This document shows, one piece after another, positions 12,600 through 23,541 of a DNA stretch of 64,000 bases. The stretch is from Tubulanus polymorphus (lineage: Eukaryota > Animalia > Nemertea): positions 868,001 to 932,000 of the forward strand of contig NC_134035.1 of assembly GCF_964204645.1 (NCBI RefSeq), read 5' to 3'. The notes beneath the pieces were generated by a model, which saw only the letters and a list, made by a program, of their open reading frames with translations, had not been told where the DNA came from and made no database searches. The stretch's first letter is position 1, and each line of letters starts with the position of its first letter. The position numbers and the translations under genes were made by a program.

Positions 12600-13814
12600 T
12601 AGAGATTCTATATCTTCAATAACATTTTTATATATAGGTGAAAATGATCTGTTGATAATTTGAGTTCTCAAAACAAGTCGATGACGTGGTCTACCCATGT
12701 GTTTCATAGATATCCGCTTTCTAAGCGTAGTGTCATCCGTCCTCTTGTCCGCATACTTTTCTCGACCATTGTTATTCGTCCTGAGTTCGTTTTCGTCTTT
12801 CTATATTTTTTTTTCGTCGAACGACAATACCCCGCGCCTGCCCCGAACAATGCCCCGTGCCCGGCCCGAACAATACGGCGACTAGGATCGACTGACTGAT
12901 GACTACTGCACTTCACAACAGAGACATCGGCATCGGCGTGACAACAACAACAAACGACTACGAACTGAATAAAAAATGGAAAAAAAAATAAAAACTCCCA
13001 TTGTTACGAGAGAGGGAGAGACTTTACTAGTTTACTATGGACGGTTTTGTGTAGATTTGTATATAATAGATACAAATAGGGCTCGAATTAGGCCACGGGT
13101 TATTGTGGACGAGTTCGTTTGTTCGTTCAATTGTATTGTTCTGGTGCAGGTTTCCATACATCGTCGTCATTTGCGTCATCATTAAGCATTTAATCATTTT
13201 TTATTTTCTTTTTTCTACGTTGCGCGCGGTGTACGACAACAATAGCGCCGAGTGAGCGAGCGAGCCCCCGAGTCACGAGCTCGGTTGAAAAAAATGTCGA
13301 TTCAATAGAGAGAGAAGGCAGAGGGCGATGTAATTACTAATTCGGCGCGTTTGTTTTCGTCGAACATCATACTTATGAATAATAACAGCTCAGTTTTGAA
13401 AAGGGCGTAAAAATTTGCGCCTGATTTTTTTATTTTCATTCATTTTTTCGGTTTCATTCATTCGATTCGTTCGTTCGCTCGTGAGCTGCTCTCATTAATC
13501 TTGCGACGCCAACACTTTGGAATTTGTAACAAAAATACCAGTCGAGATTCCGCGATGGCGTTTTATCCTCAAATCTCTTATCGATAAGTTACTGATAAAC
13601 CGCAGGCTTCGATCATAAATCATCCATTGAACCGGTGAAAATTATTGGAAGACTCTTCGGTGTCGTCGGTGCGCTGACAGTCAGTTTTCACTCTGGTGGT
13701 GATTTTTGCGCCAATGAATGTATGTTGATGCGCAATATGTAGATTTGTTGCGCTGTTCAACTGGAAACCACTTAGTACAATGTGCGCCTCACCTTCCAAA
13801 TATAACCCCTTAAA

Positions 13815-13890
13815 CAGTGGCTTCCACTTGCCTTAAAATCAGTGAAAAGTCTGGTTAATTATTTCTTTTAAAAAGTCAGGGAATTTTAGT
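13815..13890 (+). mobile_element. Family A1 left-end fragment
   Basis: CAGTGGCTTCCACTTGCC...AATCAGTGAAAAGTCTGG...AAAAAGTCAGGGAATTTT. Confidence 0.65.
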
Positions 13891-13908
13891 GACGAATGAG
13901 GGATTTAA

Positions 13909-13990
13909 ATGTGAATGTGTTCTCAATCAGGCACAGGCCAAATATGAGTCTGGCCTGGTATGGGCTTATTTGACCCGGGCTTAATCGGCT
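13909..13990 (+). mobile_element. Family D right-end fragment
   Basis: AGGCACAGGCCAAATAT...TGGCCTG matches 7834-7866. Confidence 0.6.
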
Positions 13991-14162
13991 ACTGTACTCA
14001 TCAACTCATAGGAATATAGTCCCGAGTTTACTATTTAGAAACATATTATCTGCTCAGTTTTATCGCCTTACTTAAACCATGCTGAAAACTGTTTCTCTTT
14101 TTTCTCCAGTTCGATGAAAGCACAGTCATTCATGCTAAACACGCCACGATCAAGCTGAACAA

Positions 14163-14440
14163 CCTCCCCCTCTCACTGCCTCTCTCCCTTCTCACTGCCT
14201 CTCTCCCTTCTCACTCCCTCTCTCCGTCCCCTTCTCACTCCCTCCCCTCTCACTCCCTCTCTCCCCTCTAACTCCCTCTCTCCCCTCACTCCCTCTCTCC
14301 GTCCCCCTCTCACTCCCTCTACCCTCTCACTGCCTCTGTCCTCTCTCTCCCTCTCTCCCCTCTCACTCTCTCCCCTCTCTCCCTCTCTCCCCTCTCACTC
14401 TCTCCCCTCTCTCTCACTCTCCTCTCTCTCACTCTCCTCT
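14163..14440. repeat. Polypyrimidine CT-rich low-complexity tract
   Basis: CTCACTCCCTCTCTCCC-type degenerate units. Confidence 0.95.
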
Positions 14441-15919
14441 TGCTCCACCATCCGTCGTATAAAACCCCTGTGTGCGTTATTGATATGAATTGTCTGGCGA
14501 TGTTTGCGGCTAGTTCAAGCATCAAATATACGCAGGGAATTGAATTTCATCTCGCGCAACAATAGCCGTTCGGCGTTTTCTATAATTGCGATTGGTGAAC
14601 CGATCGATTTCGTTTTCTACTACAAAGCATTTGTTCGTTCGTTCATTCAACGCAGCTCGATCGGCATTTTTGTCTCGTTTTCTCGTGGAACGTCGCTGCA
14701 ATCTGGCATTTTTAGGATCAACTGCGTTCATCCTTATAGAATGATTCTGATAGTAGCTTTCCATTAGCTCTTGGTGGCACAAATTATAACCACTGAATAT
14801 AAACAACTGATATTTTGTCATTTGGAGGGAAATAGGTATTGGTAATAATACACACAGTTTCATCCATCAAACCGTTTGGGAATGTTGGGAGAAATTATGC
14901 AAAATTCCAGAGAATTTTTCCCCACTCTACTAATCGATGCTCGACCTTGTTACTTGATAATGACATCACAGGGAAAGCCCTTCAGAAGGACATCACTTGG
15001 AAGCCCGATAGAAGGGCTTTCCCAGTGACGTTCTTTTCGAGAACATGCCTAAAATGTTACCTACATCTGTTTTTTAATGCTCATGAAATTCTGCTGCATT
15101 GACAAAGGATAGCAGAGTTTCTATCTGGTAACACAGTAGTTAGAGTCGACCCATCGTATTTTGCTGGGATTTTGCCTATGATTATCTATGTGTGATACTA
15201 AAATCTCTGATTTGAAGACATCTTACAATCATTGATTTATTTACAGAAATCGAAAAGAAGACTGTTATTTAGCGGCTTTGGCACTGTAGCGACTTCAGTA
15301 ATTTACAGAATGACTTTTTTCTTTGAATGCCACGTTTTTGTAGAAATGGAAGTAAATTCACTACGGCAACATTAGAACTCGTTAAAAATCTGCGATTGGC
15401 CGCGTCAATTAAAAATTACTTCCAACACGGCCGTTATTGCTGCATTTTTGCTGCCTGGTCACGTTACTCGGTCAACATTCGTTCAGTTCGTTCGTCTTCC
15501 ACCAGGTCGCGCCACCGCCGTCGCTGGCCTGTTCCGCCGGCGGCCTTGCACTTATCCCGCGACGGTTTATTACGAAATTAAATGTCATTCTTCTGAGTGA
15601 ATTATCCGCTCTGGTCGAGTATTGTCTACGAGCGAGTATTAACGATGAATACGCCCGGATAGACAGTGAGAGAGAGACAGTAGAGTGTATTGTGCATTGT
15701 AATACTCCAATACATCCAATCATCTACGCTGCCAGGGATTGTTACACGCAGCGAACAAGTGTTTACACTGCAGCAATATGAAAAATTTCAACCTTGGCCT
15801 CATCTCGAGTACCCTATCTTCATCTTCCCTACAAGGTGTTGTCTCTTATTCTTTCATTTCTTAAACTGAATTGTCATGAATGATTTTTACCATCTTTTTG
15901 CTGAGAAAAAATTGCTGAC

Positions 15920-16125
15920 TAACTGATACCCTAAAGTGCTGTTGGTAATCTGAAATATTTTTGAAAATTCTGCCACAGTAAATTAAATATATCAGGCATA
16001 ATTCTATTGTTAATTACTGATATTTCGCTATGTTTGACTGGTGTTGCCATCTTTCATTAGAGATAAAAACTAATTACCTATTACATACATCGATACATGG
16101 CACTGTAGACGCGCTACTGAAAGGG
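15920..16125 (+). mobile_element. piggyBac-type MITE family B, degraded
   Basis: TATGTTTGACTGGTGTTGCCATCTTTCA core; ends ACTGAAAGGG|TTAA. Confidence 0.8.
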
Positions 16126-16286
16126 TTAAATGGAACAGTTCTAAGTTGACCAGTTTCACCATCTCAGAGCTGACTACGACTACTATGTAAGAGTAGTTAC
16201 TACTCTTTTCAGAGCTCGAATTACGACCAAAATCATCGAAATGCTATCATAATCAGAATGATTTCTTGTTCATTTATTCAACTCAG

Positions 16287-16391
16287 AACCTAGTTCCACA
16301 GTTGTCAGTTTAAGATTTGACTTGGGGTTCATTAAAAATGAACTAATTTTAAGTCAGAGTTAACTCTAACTCACGACTGTGGAACTGGGTC
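16287..16391. mobile_element. Short PIF/Harbinger-type MITE
   Basis: 19-bp TIRs AACCTAGTTCCACAGTTGT / ACGACTGTGGAACTGGGTC, flanked by CAG/CTG (CWG target). Confidence 0.8.
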
Positions 16392-18445
16392 CTGAACAAT
16401 ATTTTTCGCCGACAAATTACGGTCATTTTGTGCTGAAAATTACTATAAGGAGAGGTTATTTAAGGTAGACAGGTCTGCAATCAATTCAGGCAGGTTGAAG
16501 GTTGAATAAGTTATTCCTCAGCTTTGTCTTCGTAATGCTGGATTGACCTGCGAGTAGCGATACCCGATCAATCGCTTATTGCCTTTATATTCGAATACGT
16601 CTAATTTCATGAATGTCATCACGGAATATTGAGATAATACAGACTGTTATAGATGAATGGTTTATCGCGAGCAGGCCTCAACCAGTTTATAGTGGTTCTG
16701 ATGCTGGAATATTTTGTAATGGCAGACGTTTTGTTTGTGTAAAATGAATGTTCTATTGATAGAGGGGAGAGATTAATCAACTGTTGGATGATGATTCAGA
16801 GCTCAGTGATGGTGCTGGTAATAGTGCCGCCGATTCTGGTGTAGGCGCCGATGACTTGGAATCATTGAATGTATTTTTCTGGCTGATTCTTGGTTCGAGG
16901 TGAATTGATTAAAACGACAAAGCGGATGAAAGATTTAGATGAAAAGAAGTTAATAACGAAGTATATTTCCTTCAGTCTAGTTGACTGTTTCCATTGCCAT
17001 TTTAGGGCCATAGTTTGAAATTAGTATTATTTTATAGTCATAAATATAAGCTTAAACACTGACTGTAAAATGCCACAATTGTTTGAAAGACTTAAACAAG
17101 TTTATTCAAAATATTAGAAATATTTCTGATGTTTGCTACCACCCTTCTTCGGTCAAGAATGATGAAAGTCGGTAGGAACCCCCGGAAATATTTCTAGTAT
17201 TTTCTAATAAACTTTTAAAAGTCTTTCAACAGTTGTGGGATTTTATATTTATTGTTTCATCGCAGATATAGCGATCTCACTGATTCATCGGCTCAACGCG
17301 TTGTCTTATTAGAGAAATATGAACCACGATATCGAGTCCGTTTGATTTGGTCTGTTTGGTCTCTAAGGTTCATCGCGCTGTTTTTTCTCCTCTCCGTGCT
17401 TCAGTATGCGCGCGCACAACGCTGCTTTCATTCATACCATTCAACAACGCGATCATAAAAAACCTGAATCCAATTCATCGTTGCATGTTCGAGAATGCGG
17501 CGCTCGTCGTGTATATCGGTATGCGCCACTGGTCGCTCGTTCGTTCGTTCATTCTCGGTACGCCGTACAATACCCCGCGCCAACAATACCGCCGCGTCGT
17601 CGTCGGCGTGCTACCGATAATTACTTCCCAGCTCCGATCGATCGCGATCGGCTATTTTGATCGGCGAACGAACGGGTGACTGTCAATACAGCGTGCGTAA
17701 CAATGTGAGCTGATCCACGCGAGAGGTGTTTAATTATGTGACGACAATAGCGTCTTTTATCCTCGGTAAAAAGTCTATATTCTTATGTTTTGATCAGCGT
17801 TCGTCGTGCACAATGAACGCATTATCGCCGACTTAATTAAACTGCAAAATAATCATGAAGGACTTCACAGAGAGAGAGAGAGACGAAATAGAATCATTTA
17901 TATATGAACTGACGTGCCTTCATCGTGTTACATACTTTTTATGGAAATTCTGGAAAAAAAACCAATTCTTCCCCAGCTTTGGACCCGGTTCGACAATTTC
18001 TGACATAAATCCTCATTCGGCTTTGATTGGTTTACACTTTTCTGGGATAATTTGAATTGAGAAGTTGAACGGAAAAAAGAAAAATCGGCCATTTTGAAAT
18101 ATATATGTTTAGTTTTACGATGGTTAACCATTATTCATCGCAGTGAATGCAGTTCTGATAAGAATAGTTCGCGAATTAAGAACGTGCTATGAATTCTTGA
18201 TATGAACCAGTAGATTATATTCATAAGATTTATATCAATACGTAATATTGAATGTTGCGTGGTTGCACAGTGCTGCCACCGTTATCCTTCGTACGAACTG
18301 AATTGTCACGATCGAGTCCATGAATTGAATCTAGCTTTAAGAATAAGTACCATTTTAACCCACAGCTGCTGAACTGGGTCTTTCCCTGTGGTAGTCAGTG
18401 TCCAGATTTCAGGAAATTCGGTTTATCCACATCTATGTCATAAAA

Positions 18446-18897
18446 CAGGGTGGTGGCTGACCTGGAAAACCTGGAAAATTCTCGGCCCGGTTTCATAGAC
18501 TGGTTTCAAAGTAATCCCTAGGGGTAAATCTACAATTTGGGTGACAACCACCATAGTAGCAATGAGAAACCATGGTTATAACTGACAAATTTCAAAATGT
18601 TCCCAGGGACTATCTTTCTCCACATCTATGAAACCCAGCCCTGGATTTTAATGAAATCTAGAAAAAATCAGGGAAAACTCAGGAAATTTGACAAATTTTG
18701 CAAAAATAACCTGGAAAACTGGGTAATAATTGATAATGATAACAATGATTTTTTGTATCAGAACGTGACTCATGGTAAGAAAGAATGAATTGTAATATTT
18801 CAAACCTAGAAATTTCTCAGATTCACTCTGGGAATTTTGTGTAATCATCACATGGAAACTCAATGGATTTGTAAATGGGCGTAAAGTGGCCAACCTG
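18446..18897 (+). mobile_element. hAT-like MITE subfamily A2 carrying a nested Harbinger MITE
   Basis: CAGGGTGG ... AAAGTGGCCAACCTG; TAAAA on both sides; internal similarity to the copies at 19409, 37280 and 42505. Confidence 0.85.
18484..18640 (+). mobile_element. PIF/Harbinger-type MITE family C1, nested in A2
   Basis: GGCCCGGTTTCATAGA / TCTATGAAACCCAGCC; CTC/CTG flanks; reverse complement of 4716-4869. Confidence 0.88.
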
Positions 18898-19408
18898 TAA
18901 AACTGATTAGATTTTCCTCTATTCAGCACGGAAATATTTGTGGGTCTTTTTTCTCGTCGATTGTTTCTCGTTTTCTGTTGTTTGTTGTGATAACGAAGAA
19001 AAACTGCTACAAACGCCGGAGCACGCTCGTGCGTGCCGGCCGTGAAAAAATACATCCAATAACAAGAATATATTGTTCTCTTCTTTGATGCGTTACAATA
19101 CCGCCGCGCGAAAACAATGCCGAGATATGGCAACAATGGCGAACGCATCTCTCCTCGAATAGCGTCGTTATTCGACGAATTCGCCGCGCACAAAAAACGC
19201 TGCCTCGAACAAAACATCGAGAAATATATTGTCTCTTTGATCGAAGGCCGAAACGATGTCGATTATCTCAGAAATGGAATGTCGATTGTGGTATGGATGG
19301 AAAAATAGTGGCAAACGAAGGACAAAACGGCGCTCTGCGTGTTCGTAGAAGTTTCTGAAGACGAACGCGGTTTCATTGATTGTGGTTTAGGAATAAGTCC
19401 ATTGTAGA

Positions 19409-19680
19409 TCGCGTGGCCATTCATCTGGAAAACTCAGTGAATCGGAAAAATCTAGAAAAAATCAGGGTATTTGACAAATTTTTGGAAAAAAAACTCAGGA
19501 AATTTGGATATGTCATCAATTTGACCACGCATTTCTTTATCAATGCATAATTCATGAAAAATGAATAAATTGTATCATTTTATACCTCGCATTTATTCAA
19601 GGAATTTTATGTTATAACATGGGAAAAAATCAGGGAAAACTCGGGGAATTTGTAAATCGGCGGAAAGTGGCGCCACCCTG
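19409..19680 (+). mobile_element. hAT-like MITE subfamily A2
   Basis: GTGGCCATTCATCTGGAAAA ... AAAGTGGCGCCACCCTG. Confidence 0.85.
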
Positions 19681-19843
19681 ATGAAACAGGCGCTGGTATG
19701 GAATTTGCTCACCCCATACTCGTAAGCCGACTTCAGTCTATACTGTCTCGAAATGGAATTATGAATCCGGAACCTATGAATATTTTAACCATTTTAATAC
19801 CTCAATTATAAGATTAACGTTTTCTATTCATTCTTCTCCAGCT

Positions 19844-19882
19844 GTGAGTGTGTGTGAGTGTGTGTGAGTGAGTGTGTGTGTG
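19844..19882. repeat. (GT/GA)n microsatellite
   Basis: GTGAGTGTGTGTGAGT... run. Confidence 0.9.
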
Positions 19883-20547
19883 GTAACTAACAATTCATTC
19901 GTAACCCTCCAGCATTTCATATTGTTCCTCCTCGGTACCAGTCGACGTTCAATCCAACGCACGCGTGAACTGTAAAAATCCTATTTAACGAGAAAAGGTG
20001 TTTCGATCAATTGATCCGACCGCGACTGGCGAAATTGATAAAATCCTCCGACGACAACGCCGCAGCCGTCGTCGTCGTCGTCGTCGCCGCGGTGAATTCC
20101 TACCGACGATCGTTATCGATTCAAATCTCGGAAGAAAATCCTTTAAAAGCTTTCTAAGACGTTGATTCCGACGTGTGCATTAAGTTCGCTTTATTGTTTT
20201 TCGATTTCATCAATTTTAAGAATGCATCGTTTGTTTTCATGTAATAAACCGGGTAGCTATCGATTCAGGAGTGTATCACTGCGATGATCGCTTCAGTTGA
20301 CACCTATGGCTACGTAATTCTACTTTCTTAAAAAGCCCATTTCGTTGTCCATTAATCTACCAGTGCGTATCAGTTTTGGGTTTAAATATCCCCTGAAGGC
20401 CCAAATTGGCTTTCAGTACATTCAATGCTGTGTGTTGTCATCCGTATATCCCGCTTTATACTGTTTTATGGAACGGTTTTAACTTTTAACCTGGAACCAG
20501 TTTCTATGGACCTGTTCAGTTTCATAAAGTGAATAGTATCCATTTTC

Positions 20548-20771
20548 AGTTCTCAGGCTTCCATAAGACCCTTATTCTTGTACCACTGGTCTATCTGTCT
20601 GTGTTTGTTTCAGATACTTAGCTTCATAAATAGTGGGTTGATCTTGCTGAAACTTGGGTACGATGTTCGTATTGGGGTCAAGTTGTCACCCAGTGCACCA
20701 CCTAGCAGCAGAACTAGGCACTAAAAATTGATTGAGCCTGAGCCCAAGAACTGTTTTCGCCTATGGCTTGT
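20548..20771 (+). mobile_element. Helentron-derived/DINE-1-like non-autonomous element (family E), internally deleted
   Basis: Subterminal inverted repeat AGTTCTCAGGCT / AGCCCAAGAACT, 5' (TCTG)-like tract, GATCTTGCTGAAACTT, 3' mini-hairpin GCCTATGGC; homologous to 50834-51220. Family assignment is from structure only. Confidence 0.6.
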
Positions 20772-22087
20772 ATATCTCAAACTTAAATCCATCATTCTAC
20801 CACCAACTTTTTGGCCATTGAAATACTAATTTGACGTGTTGAAAGTATTACTGATGGTTTAACCCCATTGATTACTGATTGATAGAAAGGATTTCTTACA
20901 TTTCATGAAGATATTTCACCTTGATCAAATGCTGTTGAGGTTTGCAGTCCTGATGGGGGAAGCTTGAGTTTTAAGTCGAATGAAATTATATCAATATTGT
21001 GTAACTATTGTCGTGTAAGCAGAATAACCTATAGAATAAGTCTTGATGACATTCTAGCTTCCCTTTGTTAACTGTGTCTCCGTGGAACTTTTACGCAAGG
21101 TACACGCACCATTGTCACTTTCAGACAGAAAAACTAACCATCTAATGTAAGACGTTTTTGTTTTGATTTTCATTCCGACATTTCAAAGAAATCTCTAGTC
21201 AACCGGTTAGCGGCGTCTTATTTCTCAATTGTTCTGATCATTCGCGGGCTCGAGATCGTTTTTAGTTTTTCAATTCTCTGCAGGTTTGCCGCTATTGTCG
21301 TCGCGTTCGTCGGCTGCACAAAAGGAGGACATCTAATCGTGAAAACAATCTCGAAGAGCAGGCGGAACGACGCCCACAAAGACTCGTACAGCCAGCTTTC
21401 AGTCGACGGCGGATAGAATTCTGCGTCTGGAGTTTTTTCGCGACAATGTCCATGAATTATCTATGTCCTTTGCAGCTCGATGATAGATGAATAAAAATCG
21501 AAGACATCACCAGCGACGACGCGCGTAGCCTCTCATTCGGATCGGTGTGTGAATCTTTGAAACTTCTTTTATAGATACGAGCGGTTGATTATTCTCCGGG
21601 TGAAACCTCGACTCGGCCTCTACCCTCGGTAGTTATCAATCAATTGCGTTGTCGCGATTGTAGTTCGGTGGATTTTTCGAATATTTAATCGATAATATCT
21701 ACGGTATCATCGGTGTGTGTTTGTGTATCTATACCGCGGAATCCATAAATGGCGGTTAGGATTATTTCAACAAGACTAGCTGATCATTGGTTACATGATC
21801 GATGATCATTAATGCCTGGAATGAATGGTTTACATTTAAATGTGAACGATTTATATTGTTGGTCACAAAGTTCTGGTTCGATAAGAAAGAAATTACCAGT
21901 AAAACTTTCTGGTGCTCAGTGAAGTTTGCAATAATGACGTTCCCCTGTACTTATGTGACTGTTACTGTACTTACTGTTGACATAGTGACAATTGAAAGTT
22001 CATTGTTACTATAGTATTTATTTGTCGGATATTCTCAATGAACTTTTTAGCAAGGAACCCCAGGTTTTTCATTCCATGAATTCATTA

Positions 22088-22289
22088 GCAGCTACCATAT
22101 GAGCGTATTTTGCTCCGACAAAAAATGTCAGCCCAGGCCCAAGCCAAATTTTAGCATGGGTCAAATTATTACGAGTGAACTGCAACTGGTTCCGGAAGTG
22201 ACTCACTTCGCTTTGTTTAAGCATTGTTAAGTATCAAGTTAGCAATTTGAATCACGATCTGATCTGGTTCAATTTGGCCAGCATTTCCC
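22088..22289 (+). mobile_element. Family D MITE, degraded, abutting the next copy
   Basis: AGCCAAATTTTAGCA...CTGGTTCCGGAAGTGACTCACTTCGCTTTG core. Confidence 0.8.
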
Positions 22290-22292
22290 TTA

Positions 22293-22518
22293 GCCGTGAT
22301 CACACCAGCATTAACGGCCTGTACAAAACTAAGCCTGGAACTTTACACGGGTGCCAAATTTGGCCTGTCCAAAAACTCACTTCACTTTGTTAAAGCATTG
22401 TTTAGTATCGAGTGAGTGGTTTATGCGTGAACCCACTTCCTAATTAGTCATGGTCCAAATTTCGCTCTGGCCCGATCCGTGCCAATTTGGGGACTGATCT
22501 TCTCTGTGTGATCGCGGC
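22293..22518 (+). mobile_element. PIF/Harbinger-type MITE family D with intact TSD
   Basis: TTA|GCCGTGATCACAC ... GTGTGATCGCGGC|TTA. Confidence 0.92.
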
Positions 22519-23276
22519 TTATGTAACAGGGTTCCAGACACCAGACTCTCACTGAATTAATAACCTCTTGAGTGTCATCATTTCAGTTCATCTCTAGAAA
22601 CTAAAAATCCGCCGACGACGACGACGACGCTGCCATTCTCGAATCGACAAAAGGATGTAACACCGAATCTTCAACATCATCGAGATGACTTAAACACGTC
22701 GAATTATACGTTTAAAATGACACAAAGTTTCTTAAACCCTTAAACTCTCAGCGTGACAAAGATGAGAATATCGGCGCTGCGCGAGTCTCGCTTTTCTTCG
22801 ACGTTGACACTCGAAAAAGCGCCGATGCAATTCTCAATTTATTGACAATGTGACGTTTTATTACTTTACCGTCATCGAGTAAACAAAGTTCACACCTCGA
22901 CGACGAATTTTTTGACAGTTTTAAAGTTGTCTTCAGCCGACGAGAAGTCGAATGAGAATGAGTGGCGTTTATCAACAAGAACAACTAAGACGTCTTTTTA
23001 CCCGATGGAGTCTCGTGCTGCGTTGTTAACTCAGCGCCGCTGTCGTCATCGTCAACTGTCATAATCTGCTTTTTGAAATGTGCTCGTCGACGTAATTCAA
23101 ATTTTTATAAGTGCTGCGTTCTACGGAGGTTTTTTCACCGTCATCGCACTCGACGCTCGAACGGAAGAGAATTCATCCGCAATCGTCATAATAAGCCGCG
23201 TTAAGACAACGACGATGAAAGGACCGATAGTGACAAAGAATTTGAGAATTCCGCACAAATTATAACGAGAAACATT

Positions 23277-23426
23277 CGAAAAGTTTCCTTTAAGCTAATA
23301 ATTCATTGATTTGACGCTTCGACTATAACCTGGTAGTCATCTTCAAATCTTCAATCATGAAGATGACTTATAGAATATAGTCAAAATGTCGAATCAATAA
23401 ATTATTAGCTTATAGGAAACTTTTCG
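23277..23426. repeat. 150-bp foldback (~69-bp arms) with degenerate hammerhead-like motifs; probable Penelope-like element remnant
   Basis: Arms begin CGAAAAGTTTCCTWTAAGCTAATAATT from both outer ends; each arm reads TGAAGA-TGACT..AGTC-RAAR-YGTC from the centre outward. Confidence 0.75.
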
Positions 23427-23458
23427 GACTTTAATCTTTTGGCATTATATGCCGGATT

Positions 23459-23541
23459 GCAGGATTCTCTATAGTCATATGCAGGATTCTCTCTATAGTT
23501 ATATGCAGGATTCTCTGTACAGTTACATGCAGGATTGTCTG
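23459..23541. repeat. Short tandem repeat, 22-25-bp unit x4
   Basis: GCAGGATTCTCT..ATAGTYATAT units. Confidence 0.85.

Noticed and set aside
18648-19217. 189-aa ORF, the longest in the track
   Set aside because: It runs from a CpG-rich block through an antisense A2 MITE, has no recognisable domain and has a non-ATG start.
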